Source: Cladosporium halotolerans (lineage: Eukaryota). From it: a DNA stretch of 64,000 nucleotides. The stretch is from positions 434,001 to 498,000 of the forward strand of contig NW_027191466.1 of the NCBI RefSeq assembly GCF_011745625.1, read 5' to 3'. Of the stretch, positions 1 through 11,200 are shown one piece after another. The notes below the pieces were generated by a model. The model was not told where the DNA came from and made no database searches. It was given only the letters and a program-made list of their open reading frames with translations. Each line of letters starts with the position of its first letter. Within the stretch, counting starts at the first letter, position 1. Made by a program: the position numbers and the translations under genes.

Positions 1-79
1 CAAGGCAAAGGACGGAGCAGCCGGCAATGCTGCCATAGAGGCATATAAACTCCGCATAAAATGACGGCATGACGGAGAT
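1..79 (-). CDS. Possible exon of a membrane-protein gene running off the left edge
   Basis: Minus-strand pyrimidine tract and CAG acceptor at 82-80, followed by an open hydrophobic frame ISVMPSFYAEFICLYGSIAGCSVLCL. Too short to identify. Confidence 0.25.
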   Translation of the reverse strand, partial: MSVMPSFYAEFICLYGSIAGCSVLCL

Positions 80-619
80 CTGCAAGAGAATAGAGAAAGA
101 TTGCCGACATTCAGGCGCGTTCCTTGCATAAGCGTATGTTGGGTGCACGAAGATTCTTCTTATCGCCACGTTTGCCTCTAAGATGCCGCATTCCGAGAGG
201 CATATTTGATAATGGCGTGGACCAGAGCCTGTACCCCTCTCTCAAAGAGCGCCACAAAAAAGCAAAGCGGCAGGTCGAAACGCTCTTCGTTGAGCTGACG
301 TTGCTTGGAAGGGCAGCCGCAGCAGACGCGCGGGGTGGCTCGACTTTCCCCCGCCCAAACTGCCCCAATCTTCCTCAAATCGTGGGTCGGAAACAAGACT
401 CTCGACATCACCGCTACGAATAGTGACCTCGAGCCCTGTCACCCAACCCTCTTCGCTAGTAAATACCACTTCGTCACTGTGCTGTGCTGTTCCTGTCTAC
501 TGAAGGTTTGTTTCGCGTTGACACATTTCCTCTCTCAATCTCTACTTGCCCTTTGTGCCTTTCCAGTTTAGCTTTACTGGACCTGCACCTGTACCAATCC
601 GTCTACGTTCACCCAAGGG

Positions 620-1871
620 ATGGCCAAATTCGAACCGCCTCTGCCTAATCCGGCGTTGTTTACCAATGAGCAGCATGAGATCTTCATGGGAGAGTCGCCG
701 GAGCTCGACCCTAAACCAAACGAATGTATAGTCCATGTAAGATGTAACGGGATTTGCGGGTAAGCTCACATCATCCCAACAAGACACATTCGACGAAGCG
801 CCCTGACCAACGATGCTTCCAGCTCCGATGTTCACTTCTGGCACACTGGCCGCATCGGCAGCCTCGAAATCCAAGCCCAACACTGCCTGGGCCACGAAGG
901 CGCCGGCGAGGTCGTCTGGACCGGCTCGGACGTCGCCCATCTGAAACCTGGCGACCGCGTCTCCATCGAGCCTGGCGTCCCCTGCGGCCACTGCTTCGAG
1001 TGTACCAGCGGCCACTACAACCTGTGCCTCGACGTCAAGTTCTCCGGTGTCCCGCCGCACACCGGCAGCATGCGCCGCTACCACGTCCACCACGCCGACT
1101 ACCTCCACAAGATGCCCGACCAGCTGACCTACGCGGACGGCGCGCTGCTGGAGCCCTTAAGCGTGTCGCTGAGAGGGTTCGAGCGTGGCCCGCTCAAGCT
1201 GGGCGAGGCGGGCGTCGTTTTCGGCGCGGGGCCGATCGGGCTTATTTCTCTCGCTATTGCGAAGGCGGCTGGTGCGTGTCCTTTGATCATCACGGACCTG
1301 GACCGCGGGAGGCTGGATTTTGCCGAGAAATTCGTGCCTGGCGCCGTTGGCTTGCAGGTCGACCTGAGCAGGTCTCCGCAGGAGATGGCGGTCGTTGTGC
1401 GTGAGGCTGTCGCGGAGAAGGGAGGCGATGTGCCTCGCTTGGTATATGAGTGTACGGGCATACAGAGCAGTGTCATCACTGCTTCGTATGTGCCAAGGCC
1501 TGCGGGTGAGGTGATTGTCATTGGTGTCGGAAAATCGATCATGAATGAGCTGCCTTTCATGCACTTGTCGATGGCGGAGGTGAGTCTTCCCAGAACTGCT
1601 GGTCCCAGCCAGAGCCATGCTGACATGACAACAGGTCGATCTCAAATTTATCAATCGCTACCACCACTCGTGGCCCACAGCGATGCGCCTTCTCGCGCAC
1701 GGCGTGCTCGATCTCAAACAACTCATCACGCACCGGTATCCCTTGGAGAAGGCCGACGAGGCTCTGAAGGCTTCGGCTGATAGGTCATCGGGTTCGATCA
1801 AGATCCACATCGAAGACGGAGATGCGCAGCAGGTTGGCGGTGGAGTCGTACTGAATCGGGCGTATCTCTAG
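620..1871 (+). CDS. Zn-dependent polyol dehydrogenase (L-arabinitol 4-dehydrogenase / sorbitol dehydrogenase family)
   Basis: Exons 620-759, 823-1579, 1635-1871. GICGSDVH, GHEGAGEV, structural-Zn CGHCFECTSGHYNLC, Rossmann GAGPIG and RYHHSWP motifs. Confidence 0.92.
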
Positions 1872-1965
1872 ATTTTGATTGGAGAAATTGTTAGACGACA
1901 TCTCTCCATCGTGATTGTTCCGTCCTGCCTCGGGTGATACGTGGGAGCGAGGGGGTAGTTGGTCT

Positions 1966-4424
1966 TTATACAGGCGTGGGTGTCGCCCTTGCCTTCGCCG
2001 CGTTCAGCAGCCTTTCCATTTTCTCCATTATCGAGATCCGTCGATCATCAAACGCCGGGTCCTTGTATATAGGAAATTTGAGCCCCTTTAGAATGTCTGC
2101 AATGCTCATCACTTGTGTTACCAGAGGCTCTGGATTCTCAACATCAGTAATTGAGTAATTTCTGCGTGAGTCAGCGACGACCGCCCAAGGATCGGCTCCG
2201 CATTCCAGGAACGTGCCGAAAACAACAGAGATTAAATCCTGTGAGGCGTCGAAGGATCCCAAGTGGACTGCATAATACATCCAGAAGATAAAGACTTGCC
2301 AAATGCTGTAGTGACACGGGCCGGGCCTTTCGATTGGCTTGTTGACGTCAATTCCGCTTTCAATGAGTCGGATAGATATATCGCGACACAAGTCTAGGCT
2401 TTCGGGGAAGTACTTTTGCACGTCAAAAAGGTCACAGAATATCTCATACCAATACAGTTCCAGACAGAGCTGCTTCTGCCCGATCGTGAGCGAAGCGATG
2501 TGTGCTTCTAGTAAATAGTGAATAAGACCGGTACAGTCATAAGACAGCAGATGAGATAGCAGAGTGCTATTCTGCAGAGCCGTCGTCGGCAAAGCCACAA
2601 GCTTGTATTTTCGAGACGCAATATTGGACTCAAGCTTTTCTGCAGCCCAGTGGTGCTGATCGATGCTCGAGATAGTGTTACCGAGGGCATCTGAATAAGA
2701 CACTGCTGATATCAGAGCGTCCTTCGAAGATATCCGTGGATACTTGAAGTCATTGTCAAAGACATCAAGCACGAGGCTTCCGAATTCAGTTACCCCAGGC
2801 GCGCAACTGAGAACTCTTAGGCGCAAGTTCCAGGCGGTCGATTCTTCACAGAAATGACTTCCTGCTAAATCAAGTAGTATGTCCTGTTCTGCTTTTACCC
2901 GGAAGAACTCATACGTCGTTCGGTGGCTGAAGGTCACAAAGTTATCACGACGCTCCCAGAGATCTTCTCGAACTGCGAATCGATCAAAAGGCGCTACAAA
3001 ATCTCTGCACCACTTGTTGACGCAAGTGATTGCATAGCTCTCGAGCCTCTGCATCTCGGAGAGGTTCTTTGGAGTCCACTGGTATGGAACTGAACCATTT
3101 CTCTCGACATCCTCCTCCAAGAAGGCAGTTTCCAGCAAAGAAGGTAACAAAGAATCGTGTAGCATCATTAGAATCAAGCGAGCCGTGTACACATGGTAAA
3201 TGGGCTCGATGCTGTCGAAGATGTGCTGGTAGAAATCTTGCAGCTCGGTTGGATACGCTTTGAATCTCTTTTGCAGCATCCCCACACCTGTCGCCTTCAT
3301 CGATGCCTCTTCTCAGGTCCTTGACAGCAAGCGTCACCCATAGAAAGACTCCTTCTGCTTTTTGGCGAATATATTGCCGGAATGTAGCTAGTTCGCTTCT
3401 TTGCAAATTTACGGCTCCTCGTCTTGGAGCATTGAGCGTATCAGTAATATAGACGTCGATGTCTTGCGACGTCAGCTCGTGGAGAGTAGATTGAGTGTTA
3501 GCATTCTTCATATATGCTGTCCTGAAGATGTTCCAAGGGCGACTCGAAACACAGATTTTGACGGCTGACGATGTGTTCAGAGCATCCAAAGCAGCGATGA
3601 GTTCATTGTGGTCTCCCTCCAACTCATCGAGTCCGTCGATCAGGAAACAAAATCGCGATTCGATCGAGACCTCTTTGAGAACCAAGCGGAAACCGTCGAG
3701 AAGCTCCTTCCTCGTCCAAGGTTTTGCCCTTCTCGATCGTTCCAAGCACTTCCATCTCACAGGGAACGTCGATGACACCAGCTCAGGGTGTTGTTGCAAG
3801 ATTTGATACAAAAGAGCCCGGAGAAGGCCTTCCTGTGACTTCTCCAGCTTGTCACTTCCCGCCTTCCAGAAAAAGAAGGCAGCCGTCAAGACTTCCTTGC
3901 CTGCCCATTTGCGCAAGCACCGCTGCGTCTGGTCATTTTCTAGGAGAAACTTCATAAAAGTCGACTTTCCCGAGCCTGCTTTGCCATGGATCCAAAATAT
4001 TTCTTCCGAAGTCTCCAGCTAGTACCTAAGTCGAGTCGCATACCCCTTGAGACGGTGGCATTCGCACACTTGAGAGTCATACCAGTCATTGAGCTTCGAG
4101 CAGCGATTGCAAAGGAGGCGTTTGGAGTGCTCGTCGAAAAGCCAGTCAAATGTGCCCGGGTGATTGTCCAGAGGACGGTCATGGTAGCGCTCCATGCCGT
4201 CAAAATACAAGCTGTCCAGGATAGTATCTGACGCCAGAAAATCCTCATCAGCACGTGTAGACTTGTTGTCGGAGCTAGATGGTGGCTCACAGACCTCTGC
4301 GGTTGAATTCACCTATGTGGACGTCTCCATAGACGTTGCCGTTTATCACTCGAGCTTGATCACGCACGACAGTTCCATGGTATTGGTTCCGCGACGAGTA
4401 GGTCCTCTCGAGTGGGGAATTCAT
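1966..4424 (-). pseudogene. Disrupted NACHT-domain NLR-like gene with an N-terminal HET-s-like amyloid motif
   Basis: ATG at 4424. Walker A FWIHGKAGSGKSTFMK, Walker B FLIDGLDE, CVSSRP and GVFLWV. Lesions: frameshift near 4312, in-frame TAG at 4021-4019 where Trp is expected, frameshift near 3288. Confidence 0.85.
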
Positions 4425-4753
4425 TGCGAAGATTATCCGATTGTAGGCAACCATGCGACGCTTCCATGGTATCTAGTAGGGCAGGGAGGACAAGGTTTAC
4501 AGACCGGGGCCGATAAAATCAAGCTGAAGGGCAAGGCTGAGAATCTCAGCGTGACGCATGAAGCCTAAGCGCCCAAGCTGTCTCAGGTGCTGTGATTTAG
4601 CGAGGTACTTTAAGGCATCTCTGCATGTCTTGGTGCGCCTTGCAATATTGTTCTCATATTTAGGGATGTTCTCTCTAGTATACAAGCTTGAGCCGCCGAA
4701 AAGCCGTCTGACGTCGGGTTGCAGTAAACCCATCGACTTGGATGTGCTTACAC

Positions 4754-5665
4754 TCAGCACACGTACGCAGCGTATGCTAGGAGAGATGCAGCCAGCAAGA
4801 TACCCGCACGACCCATGGAGGCAGACGGCGAGGCTGCTGAGTCGGAGTCACTACTTGCAGCTGTCGCGCTGGCACTTGCGCTTGTGCCTGAGCTAGAGGC
4901 GGTGCTACTCGGGCTGTCGTCTTCAGCTGAGTGTGCCTCAGTAGCCGCAACGAGCGTAGCCTCGTTACCGCTGTCGCCAACACAGTGCCTTGTCTATGTC
5001 AGTAAAGTTTCTCAGAAGTCATGGATGAACGACATACAGCTCGTCACCATCGTTGTGGCAGTCATTGAAGCTCTCGGGGGGATTGTTCTGGTCCCACTCC
5101 GAAGTCACTTCCCACTCATCGCTGCCGTCCAAGCAGTAGAGCTCAGTCTCGTCGTGGGCGTGACAGCTCGTTACTGCAGGCGGGTACGCCGAGGACGAGG
5201 ACGAAGAGGATGTAGTAGTTCCGTTCATGGCAGAGGAGCCAGTCGCAGCCGCCGCGGTCGCGGTGGCAGAAGTTGTTGAGTGGGACTCATCGTGGTCATG
5301 GCTGTCATCTTGCTCACCCTCATCCTCGGACGAAGCGAGTGCCAAAGTGGCATCGACCTCCCCTTCGACACAATGCCTGATTATTGTAAGCTCGAGCTTC
5401 AGCCAGATAGGTCAGGTGCAACTTACAGCTCCTCTCCATGGCCATGACAGTCTTCGAAATCGCTCGGAAGGGTCTCGGCAGTCATGCCAGATGAAACGAC
5501 CTCCCACTCGTCATCGCCATCGAAGCAGAAGAATTCGCCGGCTCCGTGCTCGTGGCAGCCGGTAACCTCAGCTGGAAGACTGGAAGCACTGCTGGTGGTA
5601 GAAGACGACTGTGCAATCGCAGAAGCCGCGAAGGCTGTGAGAGCAAGAAGCTGTGAGGAATGCAT
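4754..5665 (-). CDS. Secreted, probably GPI-anchored Ser/Thr-rich protein with four CHxH/CHxD-x4-5-C metal-binding motifs (ZrfC-type ZIP ectodomain-like)
   Basis: Exons 5665-5427, 5376-5038, 4988-4754. Signal peptide MHSSQLLALTAFAASAIA. Motifs CHEHGAGEFFC, CHGHGEELHC, CHAHDETELYC, CHNDGDELHC; His/acidic linker SHDHDESH; hydrophobic C-terminus AGILLAASLLAYAAYVC. Confidence 0.85.
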
Positions 5666-5793
5666 CGTTCGTGAAGCCAAGTAAAAACGAAAGTACACGA
5701 GCTGCCGTGCACGTGAGGGTTTGCGACAAGCGATCGAGCACCGGAAGAAGATTGGTGGCACACCAGCGACGGCCGCTCTATACACTCACCTTA

Positions 5794-5808
5794 TCCATCA
5801 AGGTCATT
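5794..5808 (+). promoter_or_regulatory. ZafA/Zap1-type zinc-response element
   Basis: TCCATCAAGGTCATT with CAAGGT core, ~130 bp upstream of the CHxH-protein ATG. Confidence 0.6.
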
Positions 5809-6004
5809 CAGCAAGCGGGCTCTTTCTCGCAGGGAAAACTTGACCAGGCGCTTGGCTGATGCTTGTTCTAAACGCCATTGAAGCCATGCTCCTAGTTTCA
5901 GCAAGTTGCAATCTCGTGAATGGTGAGCCAAGAAAGATAGCGTTCTGCACAAGAAGCGAAGGAACCCAACGTAGTAAATACGGATGGGTGCCAAGAGTAA
6001 GTGA

Positions 6005-6019
6005 AACTACCTTGATGGT
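6005..6019 (-). promoter_or_regulatory. ZafA/Zap1-type zinc-response element
   Basis: Minus strand ACCATCAAGGTAGTT. Plus strand ACCTTGATGGT is one mismatch from the yeast ZRE ACCTTNAAGGT. Shares CCATCAAGGT with the 5794 site in inverted orientation. Confidence 0.6.
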
Positions 6020-6610
6020 TCTTTCGGCCAACACCTTCCGGGCTTTGATCGATGCAAAAAAGGATAATGCCATGAAACATGCGGTTCTGTAGGTTGCAAG
6101 ATCGAGGGTATGATCGGCTTGCGGCGCGAGGTACGCTCCATGGGGCACGTCAAGCTTTGCGCAGGCCAAATATGACTGTCCAGTATGTCGAGCACCTCGT
6201 TTGCACCCTCTCTTCTGAGGCCAAGCACAATTGAAAATACGCGGAAGACTGTATCTTCCGCATGAGAGTGTGTAATTAGTAATTGACATGCGAATACAGG
6301 CTTCGCATAGCTCGGAGACTTCTTATACAGTATACAGAGCAGTATAAGGTAGCTGCTCAGCAGCTCGGACACTTTCGAGCACCGCGTACGAAGCCCCGGA
6401 AACAATGCAACCACGGAGTGATCCACGAACGGGGCTCTAGGCGAAATCGTCCGACGAAAACAATATTTAAAAAGTCGATTAGAATCTGCTCAGGGAACAG
6501 GAGAAGTTGTTACATTGTTAGTAGGACACAGCCGGTTGCTTTACCTCTTCGAAACCCACCCGTTCAACCGTCGCATGCTCCATCCTATTGTTGCGAGCGT
6601 GAAAATCACC

Positions 6611-7658
6611 ATGACCACCTCTCCCAAAATCTACGATGCCCTCATCATCGGTTCCGGCCCAGCCGGTCTCTCCGTAGCCCTCGGCCTCGCTCGCCAACTC
6701 TACACCGCCGTCGTGTTCGACTCGCAGCAATACCGCAACCACCCAGCGGACCGCATGCACAATGTCATCACCTGGGACCACCAACCACCGGAGAAGTTCA
6801 GGGCCAGCGCGCGACAAAATATTTCCGACCGCTACAAACTGATCGAGTTCCGTCAGGCGCGCGTCGAGACGATTCGGCAGCTCGATGACGGCACGTTCGA
6901 GGCGATTGACGGGCAGCAGAGCAGGACGATAGGAAAGAAAGTTGTACTGGCGACTGGGGTTACTGATCTCGTTCCGGCGATTGAAGGATTCAGTACTCTA
7001 TGGGGGAAGTCTATGTTCGTGATTCATCGCTCCCATCTCTCTATCCGTCTACTGACAACGTTTAGATTCCACTGCCTGTTCTGCCACGGCTACGAAGAAG
7101 CCGGCGGCCAATCTGCTGGGATCTTTGCTTCTGGGATGCTCACTGATCCTAACATGGCGTTGCACATGGCGGGGATGGCTGCGTCACTGGCGAAAGATGT
7201 GGTCCTCTATGCAAATGGCGACGCGAGCGTCGCAGAACGAATGAAAACTGCCAGCGAAGGCAAGCGCGTGACTGTCGAGCCCAGGAAGATCGTAGCGATC
7301 GAGCGCAAAGAGACAGAGCGTACGGACGTGCTCGTGCATTTCGGAGATGGCGAGGCGAGAGAGGAGACCTTTCTGGTGAGTACTCGCGCCAGCAACCGCT
7401 TGAAATGTTGCTGACCATGAGCGATAGGTTGCGGTTCCACCGGCGGAGGTTAATGGTCCATTTGTGGAGCAGCTGGGGCTAGAGATCACTGAGCAGGGGT
7501 TCATCAAGACCATTTCGCCTTTCTACGCCACGAATGTGCCAGGCGTGTTCGCAATCGGTGATTGCGCGACGCCGTTCAAGGCGGTACCACAGGCCATCGC
7601 GATGGGAACATTTGCTGCCGGTGGAATTGCGGGCCAACTGGGCCAGCAAAAGTTGTAG
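6611..7658 (+). CDS. Thioredoxin reductase-like FAD oxidoreductase, GliT-like
   Basis: Exons 6611-7014, 7066-7375, 7428-7658. [24 protein letters not shown] redox motif, [11 protein letters not shown]. Confidence 0.88.
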
Positions 7659-7714
7659 CGTTTGGAGTCGTGAAAAGACCGTAAAGTATGGGTAATTAGG
7701 TGAAGTGTCTGAAC

Positions 7715-10700
7715 TCATTTGATCTTGAACTCCGTCCACGAATCCGCGCGCGAGGCTTTCTCCAATCGAGCCCATTTGCCACTCATTATACTCGGAACGA
7801 CGGCTTCTCCAACGAGTGTGTGGAACCAAGGCTCGCCCGGGATCTCTCTGAGAATGAACGGCCGGCTGGCGCTCAAAGGCACGACGATCTTATCGCCGAC
7901 TTCCAGACACGCCGGACCCAATCCCAAAAATCCCGATCTCGTTTTGAAGAAGTCTCTCTCCCGGCTCTTAGCATTGTACTCGTGAAACTCAATATCGATA
8001 TCGCCCGCCTCGAATTGAGTGGGCAGCTTTTGGACCTCGGCGATGTTTGAGCACCCGAGGACGTCCTTGCGCATTGGGGCGTCGAAGTTCGTTTTGTTGA
8101 GGTAGAAGCGGCCGTGGGTGCCACGAGCGTACGCGAACAGGTTACCGAGCTCGCGGGCAACTTCGAAGTCATCCTCAATCGTTTTCCTGTGATCCGATTT
8201 GTTGCGGTTTTTGAAAGCTGGCTTTAGCCTTTCGGGCACGAAACGCTTCTTGTCTCTGAAGCGGGAGACTTTGACGTTCCAGCGATTTTCTACGTATGTA
8301 GCATCTAGGCTGACATCGATAGAAGAGAGCTTGCCTTCTTTGAAGACGTACTCTAGGTCCTCTTTCCGCTGGTGTTCATAGGACATGACTGTGTCCCTTT
8401 TTGAAGGTTTGATCCTTTCCTCCAGCTCTAAGATGTGACTTCGACGGCCTTCAAGAAGATAGTCGAGCAGCAGTAGACCAAGCCGCGGATTCGAGTCCAG
8501 ATCGTGCTTCGTCCGTTTCTCGCTCTCATACAGCTTTTCGAAGTCGTATTCTAACTCTTCGAGAATCCAGTCGATAATTTCACCTCTAATTCCTCGACTG
8601 TTGTAGATGAGACAGCCGCCGGGAGATTGTTCAAATTCGGGAACATTTTTGCCCATTGTGCGCTTTTCGATGACGTCGAAGTACCAGGCACGGCAATGCA
8701 TTGTCCGCGGTATGTCGTGTTTGAATCCGTCCTGGGTAGAAGTGTGACTGGCTCCGCTACTCAGCTCGACGTAAGGCATTGTCGGTGGTTTGTCGTTGAG
8801 AAGACCGGCGTTGTATTTCAGCCTCTCTGGGGTGTCTTGTTTCTCCCCGGCCGCATCGAGTATGTTTCCTGTCTTCTTGCGCGAATTGATTACGTTTCCT
8901 GTCTTAAGCAGGCAAGTGAGATCCGGAATCCAGGTGGGAATGATACCTTCAATCCGATCTCTGCCCCAAACCGACCGTGTGATGCGCTGATCGATCAGCA
9001 CGTCGACGGTGGAGGATTCCTTGATGAGGTAGAGAACAGCTTCTTCAAAGACTCTGATGACGCTATGATGATAGTCCGGCGGCATAGCAGCACCAGCGGT
9101 GGACGCCATACCCAACAATGCAAAGATGCGGTCTCTTGGGTCAGTAGAATTGAAGGCTCCGGCGAGTACGAGCAGCTCGTGAAGGGACTTGGGCGCGTTA
9201 TGCCCGAGTTGTTGGAATGTTGTGAGCGGATGATTGGCGGCCCCAAACAGGTCATAAAAGTGGTCCCATGTCACAGCATGTCTCCCGATATAGACATATG
9301 GTTTATTGGCCGAGAAATGGTACTCCTGTATGCACCAAAGTCTCCGCCACCAAACCTCAGACTTGCCTTTTGAGTCGCTCTGAAGTCGAAGCCGCTGAAG
9401 GTGATTTCGTAGTTCCTCGGCAGCATTTTCGTGCTCAGTCTCTGCCAGGCCTGGAAGCATGCAGAGCGTAAGTCCGATGTCCTCGTCGATGTCCTCGTCA
9501 TCTTGAAAGGCCCGCGAACATGTGCGCTTGCCAGGATGAAAGTCGACGATCCAGATGATGGTCCTCAGTGCCTTGGCATAAATGTGGCGCATCAAGAGCA
9601 ACTGATGGTTACGCTCGTCGACGTCTTGCTGATTGATACATATCACGTCGACCCAAACGAAACGATCTTGCGTGGTCATTCGGAGGCGTTTCAAGGCACG
9701 CCACAAATGTTCCGAAACATAACAATTTCTGAGATCCCCGTCAGGTATCTCGCGAATGGCCTCCTCCGTGCCCCAGCAGTACGACAAAGCTTCATACTTG
9801 GGCGGCGCGTTGAGGCTGTGATAGTGCAGGAAGCAGCTAAGTGGGGCGTCTTGTTCGCCTTGTGCAATTCGCAGAATACGGAACTCGTCCTCAGTCACTG
9901 AGAGTTTCCGATAGAACTGTGAAGAAGACGCAGAAATCGCGCGCGGCCTGGCTGCAGGGCCGCCGACGCGCGTGTAGTCAAGTGCTTGGTGACTAGGATG
10001 CACTGGAGCATCTGGGGCATCCAAGGACATGTCCAGTGATGACTCATCTCCGGAATCAGAATCACTGCACTGCTCAGAAGGGGTCATTTCTTTGAATGAT
10101 TGTGGATTGGTGGGCGGCGTTTCCGATACTGACGCTGTTCGCGCGACTGGAGCCGTTGATATCGATGCTGGTGGTGATAGCGAGCATGCTGTGGTCGGTG
10201 TGGCTGAGAATGGAGAATACGGCATTGCGATCGGACTTGCTGTCACGTCTCGTAAGAAGTCATCTCTCACTGTAAGGTGTCAGCAATGCTCGGCAGTGGA
10301 AAAAAAAGGAGAGAAAACAATCGTACCTTGGGATTCGCTGAACGTGATTGTAACCTTGTGCCATTCTTGGGTAAAGCTTGGCGGTACTGTGAATTGCTCC
10401 AATGGATTTGCCACGGGCGGACTGGATCGATTGGACCGAATGGACATGAGCCAGGATGACGAACTCCGTCGAAGTGGTGCTGGTTCTTCGCTGGAGGATG
10501 ACCTTTTTTTGTCGGCCTTCTTCACCTCGGCTTTGACTTCCTTATATTTGACTCTATCCCATTTCATCCAGGATGCTGTAATCTCTACATGCTTGATTTT
10601 CCAATGAGAAGCAGGACCGGGGCCTTTGAGGGTGATTGGAATGGTCACAGAAGTCTCTGCGCTTGACTCCCATAATTTAATCCATTGCCTCTTTTGTTTG

Positions 10701-11200
10701 TGAGTACCGCGATGCATCCAAGCGACGGATTCTATTTCGTACTCGCGTATGAATTGTTTGCCTCGGATTTTGCTGTGGAAGAGTGCGTAGTCGTTGGAAT
10801 TTGAAAACTCGTACGACATGGATTTGTGGTGTGTCTGTTGGTGGTCGTTACGACATCTAACTTCTGACACATTCATCTCGCCGGTGTGAAAATCAACAGT
10901 CCAAGGAGTTTGCGTGGTATCATCCCTCCACGGATGGTGGCTCGCCAACGAATCTCTGAAGACATGGTTGAGGATCACATTGTCGTTCTCATCAAGCCAT
11001 GTGTAGTCGGACGATTTGACTCGAAGCTTCGGTCGCAAACAGTCGATCACCTCAGGTCTGAGCTCTCCTTCCCCTAGAACAATAATGACAAGGCCTTCCA
11101 TCCGGACGTCGCCATCGCCATGCTGCCTGCTTGCAGGTGAAGCAGAGCTTCCCGGGGAACGGCTGCTACTGTTGGTGCGTTGTGCAACGAGAGGGTCCAT
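7715..11200 (-). CDS. HET-domain (heterokaryon incompatibility) protein with a long N-terminal extension
   Basis: Exons 11200-10327 and 10269-7715; start uncertain because the frame is open to 11521. YEALSYCWG, WVDVICINQ, MRHIY, WWRRLWCIQE, DPRDRIFALLG, GFLGLGP...GD...PFILR...LVGEAVV. Confidence 0.88.

Noticed and set aside
1..25. GGACGGAGCAG resembling SRP RNA helix 8
   Set aside because: No GNRA tetraloop, and the flanking bases do not pair.
7015..7065. In-frame stop-free introns (also 13138-13227 and 57126-57176)
   Set aside because: Ordinary short 3n introns with canonical signals; retention would disrupt conserved folds.
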